A DNA stretch of 54,582 nt, the filler included, from Sphacelaria rigidula (lineage: Eukaryota), in assembly GCA_964200075.2 (NCBI GenBank). It is 3 parts of 3 records of this genome, joined end to end, with 100 filler letters (N's around TTAATTAATTAA, not from the genome) between each part and the next. Parts side by side here need not be neighbours in the genome. Positions count along the whole stretch, not along the records: positions 36,460 to 54,582 come from CAXNAA020000909.1; 2 more parts are not named here. The stretch is one strand, 5' to 3'. Numbering within the stretch: the stretch's first letter is position 1; each line of letters starts with the position of its first letter. A program made the translations under genes and the position numbers. This document shows, in pieces, positions 50,122 to 54,582 of this stretch. The notes below the pieces were generated by a model, which was not told the origin of the DNA, did not search any database, and saw only the letters and a list, made by a program, of their open reading frames with translations.

Positions 50122-50259
50122 CCCTTTGGGAACTAGACCCCCAGGGAGTGCTGATTTTTGTTTTGGTGAATCGGCATCATTTTCAGTCATTTTCGAGTCA
50201 AGATGATGCCGATTCACAAAGATTCACAAAACAAGATCAGCACTTGAGTTCCCCAAGGG
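50122..50259. mobile_element. piggyBac-type MITE (TCAA/TTAA flanks, CCC..GGG ends)
   Basis: 13-bp TIR CCCTT(T/G)GGGAACT, flanks TCAA 50118-50121 and TTAA 50260-50263, internal inverted repeat GTGCTGAT..GTGAATCGGCATCAT. Confidence 0.75.
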
Positions 50260-51275
50260 TTAAGCCGAGTATATCGTGGAGATGCACGCAAATTGTATCA
50301 GGGGCACGCGTGACTGGGTTTAGGTTACTTTACCGCCGTATCGAACCAGCAGACGAGAGGCAAATATACTGTTCTTCTCGCATGTGAAGGAGATGAGGAG
50401 GGGGTTCTCGAGATGCGGTTTGCTTATTATAGCACCGAATGTACAATTTCAGTTGTCAGCCTTTCCAGTATCTCATTATCCGGAGTGCCCGTATATGCAC
50501 AGCCCCATAGACCCACGGGGTATGATCCCCGTGTCCCCGGTCATTATCCAGAACCCTTCCAGAATCCTCCAAAATCCCCGTGTCCCGGGTCATTATCCAT
50601 ATCATCCCTACCTACCAGCTCAACGTAACGGCGTATTTTCGTCACAGCACCCCCAAAGCGCGTTAGACGAAAATCGATCAACAAGCTTGACACATAGACA
50701 ACGTCAAAACGATGAGTAAGTCACAACCGAATACCAAACTCACGCGTAATGCGAGCAGCAACGGGACGAGTCACCCACAAGTAACGCAACTCCTTCGCCT
50801 TCGTGAGAAATTCCGGAGCGGCCTGAAAAATATCCTTGACAGGCTCCCACGTACGCTCCTCAACTTCGAGAACAACCCAGTCGACCATCACGATCAACGA
50901 ACGATCATCTGCTTCTACCACTCGGACAATACCAGCCATCTGAAATTTACCCTGATTGAAAGCGTGCTGGAACACGTCCTTAACGTCAGCCGTAACATTA
51001 AGCCGCGAGTCTGCATAAAAACGCAATTGAGCTACATGGATGGGCGATCTGAACACGACCCGAAAAAATGTTCTGGATATCAAATACGTGCGGGTGGTGA
51101 GAACCAACCACTCTCCACGGACCAGTCTATGTCACCGTCAACATGGGCGTAACGCCCGGACGACGCACCCGTGCATACAAGACAAGGTCGCCTACCTCGA
51201 AATTCGGTAGTCCCAGCCCCGACGAGGACCCCTCACGTCTACGCGCACGTTCAGCGGCAACACGCTCCTGCACTT

Positions 51276-51481
51276 TGTGACGATTTATAGGCAACCGATT
51301 AGACTACCGTACAGTCAGCGCTGACTGTACGGTAGTCTAATCGGTTGCCTATTAATCGTCACAGAAGTTAGTCGTGGGGGTTCGATCCCCGTCACTTTCA
51401 CTCCGAGGAGGGCGACTCCCCTTGCCAGTGCTGTTCACGCTGACTTTACGGTAGTCCAATCGGTTGCCTATAATTGTCACA
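51276..51481. mobile_element. TGT..ACA element with 44-bp TIRs and 4-bp TSD (ACTT); Ginger-like MITE
   Basis: ACTT on both flanks. Removal restores gypsy frame FHVQVQERVAAER. The TIR is present three times. Confidence 0.75.
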
Positions 51482-52130
51482 ACTTGAACGTGGAAACGTT
51501 CTTCCAAGTCGAAGACACCTTGCAATGCACGCTTAATTTGAACATCCAAGACATCACAATCCCATTTCCCCGCTGACGAAGACGTCAACTCTGAGAGAGA
51601 CGTCTGAGGAGCGTGACCAAACATCACGTGGAACGGCGTACTATCGTCACGACGACGATACGCTGCATTGAGCGCCCACTGAACCACAGGCAATACGTAT
51701 CCACTCGGAAACCGCTCTACGCTGCTCGATAAACATAAAGCGAAAAGCACGTACTACTTTCTTGAGCATGCGTTCGCGCGTGCCGTTAGACCGCGGAGAA
51801 TACGCTACCGCAAAATGGTGATCAACGTGCAAAGCCTCTCGCAATCGGGCCAAGATTGTCTTCTCGAAATGCATGGCGGTATCACTTACCCACACACGCG
51901 GCACCCCCGAAGTTATGCACCAATTTTGCGAGGATGCAGCAGTCGATTCAGCAGTACACTGCACAATAGATGAGACGACAACACTGCTACTGGTTCCAGA
52001 GACACGAAGTTGCTCAATTCATCCATGATCCCAAAAACGAAACCCAGACATCATCCGACAAACCTTGGGAAGCCAGCGGGTCACTCTCGCCCACGTACAA
52101 GGAGTCAAAATGAACGACTTCATACAACAC

Positions 52131-52557
52131 GGGATCTTTCAAATTGGGGGTGGATCTTTTACTGGGGATGAGAAACCCGGAGACTTGAAATCTTCGTATC
52201 CACACCAAATTCGAAATATTGTTTTATTTCTTCATCTATTCTTCGCTATTGACAACTGCTACACGCCGTAGGAAATTGCATTACGATCACCGAAATGTTG
52301 AGGTCCTAGGTAAAAAATCGGTTTCATGGAATTTTGGGCGTCCGGCCAAAATGGTTCCGAAATTGTTTTCTCACCTAGGATCCCAACATTTCGGTGATCG
52401 AAGTACAATTTCTACGGCGTGTATCAGTTGTCAATAGCTATCAGTAGGTGGAGAAATGGAACCATGTTTCGAAAATTTGGTGTGGATATGAAGATTTTAA
52501 TTCTCCTGTTTTCTCATCCCCAATAATAAAGGATCCATCCCCAATTTGTAAGATGCC
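52131..52557. mobile_element. 427-bp foldback MITE inserted in the gypsy C integrase
   Basis: Almost entirely an imperfect palindrome (GGGATCTTTCAAATTGGGG... / ...CCCCAATTTGTAAGATGCC). It splits HGTMP from EVVHFDSLY. TTA on the right flank (PIF/Harbinger-like, uncertain). Confidence 0.85.
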
Positions 52558-54582
52558 TTATCACGGCATGGTCCCATGGACTGTTTCACCAAGCGGGCGG
52601 GGAACAACATCACCCGCCCTTGAATGAGCATAGTGAAGACACTGGCGGACAAATTTGCGCACATGAGTTTCTATCCCCTGCCAGACACAAAACTCTCGCA
52701 AGCGCACGAGTGTCGCAGCCGCACCACGATGTCCGGCGTCGCGCATGTGCGCGCACATCATCAGACGTACCCGCAACTACATGTCAGAACTCGGAATCCA
52801 CAAAACGTTTCGGCCACGCACATGCACACGAAACATACCTTCACTGTCCAAGATAGCAGTACCAACGTCCGACTCGAAAGATTGCACATCCGCATCTTCG
52901 GCCCCAAGGTTATTTCGTTGCGCTTGGCGGACAACAGATTTGGACGGCATCGAGTCGTCACGTTCACACGGACCATACACAGCCATAGCGCGCACAGACA
53001 AAGGCGGAATATTCACCCAACGCGAAAGCAAGTCACCCCACGCGTTACGGTCACTCGAAATATGGCAAATGGAGTAACGGTACTGGCCAAGAACACTTTT
53101 CCAACCCTCCAAACGTTGTGTCAATGCCTTCTACACAGACGTAACGCACGTTTCCGGGTTGAACATATACACGAGATTTCGGTGATCCATGAAAATCTGG
53201 ACGCCGTCTCCCACAAAAGATGCTCCAAACGACGGAAAGTGCTCACGACAGCAGGAGGTTCCTTGTCAATTGTGACCCAACGCAGCTGCGAACCCTTGAA
53301 ACTACCACTGAGGAAAGCTAGCGGTTCATGCGTCATGTCCTCGGCCGGCAGGCGTCTTTGCATTTCAACTTCAGGCATCTGCGTGACAAAACTACCCCAA
53401 TGGCACTCAGATGCACCCAGAAACATCAACACCTGGCGATCAGGACGAGGATAGAACAGCGTCACGGCATGAGCCACCAGATCCTTCGCTGCCGCCCACT
53501 CCTGCAGCCTGCCCTCCGTCCACAATGCAGGCGGAATAGCGCGTTTTTTTGCAACACGCTTCGTCCACTTCGCAGCCCCCGCGATGAGTTCTTCGAGGAA
53601 AAAACGCAAGGGGGCTACGGTTTCTGCCATACGCGGCAACGAGGTACGTAGCCAACTCACGGCTTGCAGGAGCTGCATGAGTTCCGCGGCCGTCTGCGGG
53701 CGTCGCATGTCAGACAAGCCTCGAAATCTGATAGGGTAATCAGATACGCGTCCGTATGAGTACACTTTCCCGCACCACAAGAGTTCACAAGCGAAAAAGG
53801 TACACTTGTGCGTAGCCGCAAACAAACCAACACTCTCTAAATGGGCCAAGATAGCATCAAGCGTGTCTAGAAGTTCGTCTTCCGTGTTCGCGAAAAAAAC
53901 ACATGATCAACCCATTAACTGCATTTAAAGCGGGCGAGAAGTTCTGTCATGATACCTTGGAGATTTGCCGTGAATTTAAATCGCCTTGCGGCACTCGCTT
54001 CGGGGTGGACAAGCCAAACGGGGTCGTGATTGTGAAAATCTGCTGCGCCTCCTCCGCCAACGGCACCTGCCAGTGACCTTGGAGGAGGTCCAACTTGCCG
54101 AAACAACGAGCACTCAACAGGTCAAGCATGTCCGACTCTTTGTTGGGCATCGCACCCGGCGATTTCTCAACCTGCTCATTCACGGCCTTGTAGTCGCTTA
54201 CCAGGCGGGACGAATCCCTCTTCGGACACACCATAGCCGTACTGAACCACACCGCCCGGAAGTTCCAGACTACCAATCCAAGCGCCAAAAGAGCCTCCAT
54301 GCACGACGCCAACCAACTCGACTTCGCCGGATCGTACCGCCGCGGCTTCGCCCTCACCGCGGACGCCCCAGGTTTCAGCTGAACACGCGCATGGGCTTCA
54401 CTCGTGCAGGGGGATCACCCCGCAGCGCACTGTGATATAGATGGAGCGTGACCCTAGGTTCAACGCCTTCCTAACTATGATCAGTGTGCTGCAGGCTTGA
54501 GTAGGTACACAACGCACCAGGTGTCCGAGTAAAGCAAGCCGCAAATGCACACGTGCAGGTTTCCGTGATCGTTGGTCACAGT

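Larger units (their letters stand above)
50721..54430 (-). mobile_element. Degenerate Ty3/gypsy element C (RT-RH-INT-chromodomain)
   Basis: RT RLVSDYKAVN, KLDLLQGHWQ, FTITTPFG (53947-54357). RNase H EPLAFLSGSFKGSQLRW (53121-53849). AH...GHRG (52561-52776). Integrase GVPRVWVSD (51647-51964). Chromodomain-like VDW...RTWEP (50721-50950). Confidence 0.92.

Overview
Eukaryotic, transposon-dense window. The intron-rich gene structure and TE types suggest a stramenopile, probably a brown alga (inference). Two 100-bp artificial spacers (44N-TTAATTAATTAA-44N) split it into three blocks whose adjacency is not guaranteed. Most of the window is degenerate LTR retrotransposons (3 Ty1/copia, 3 chromodomain-bearing Ty3/gypsy), several interrupted by non-autonomous DNA transposons with readable TIRs/TSDs (CMC/EnSpm-like, Tc1/mariner, hAT, Ginger-like, foldbacks); a piggyBac-type MITE and tRNA-derived SINE-like repeats are also present. 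Two spliced genes stand out, and the ORF track shows both only in fragments. (1) A Replitron-type HUH transposase on the minus strand (29568-31698) with a GC-AG intron, no helicase and a C-terminal C4HC3 PHD finger. It lies in a roughly 8-9 kb region that also holds a ubiquitin-like fragment and duplicated SIM-like exons. (2) An 8-exon, 5'-truncated, frame-intact chitin-synthase-like GT2 gene on the plus strand (36551-44624) with DGD, QRRRW and WGTR motifs but EDQ in place of the canonical EDR. All family calls come from motif recognition by eye; no searches were run.
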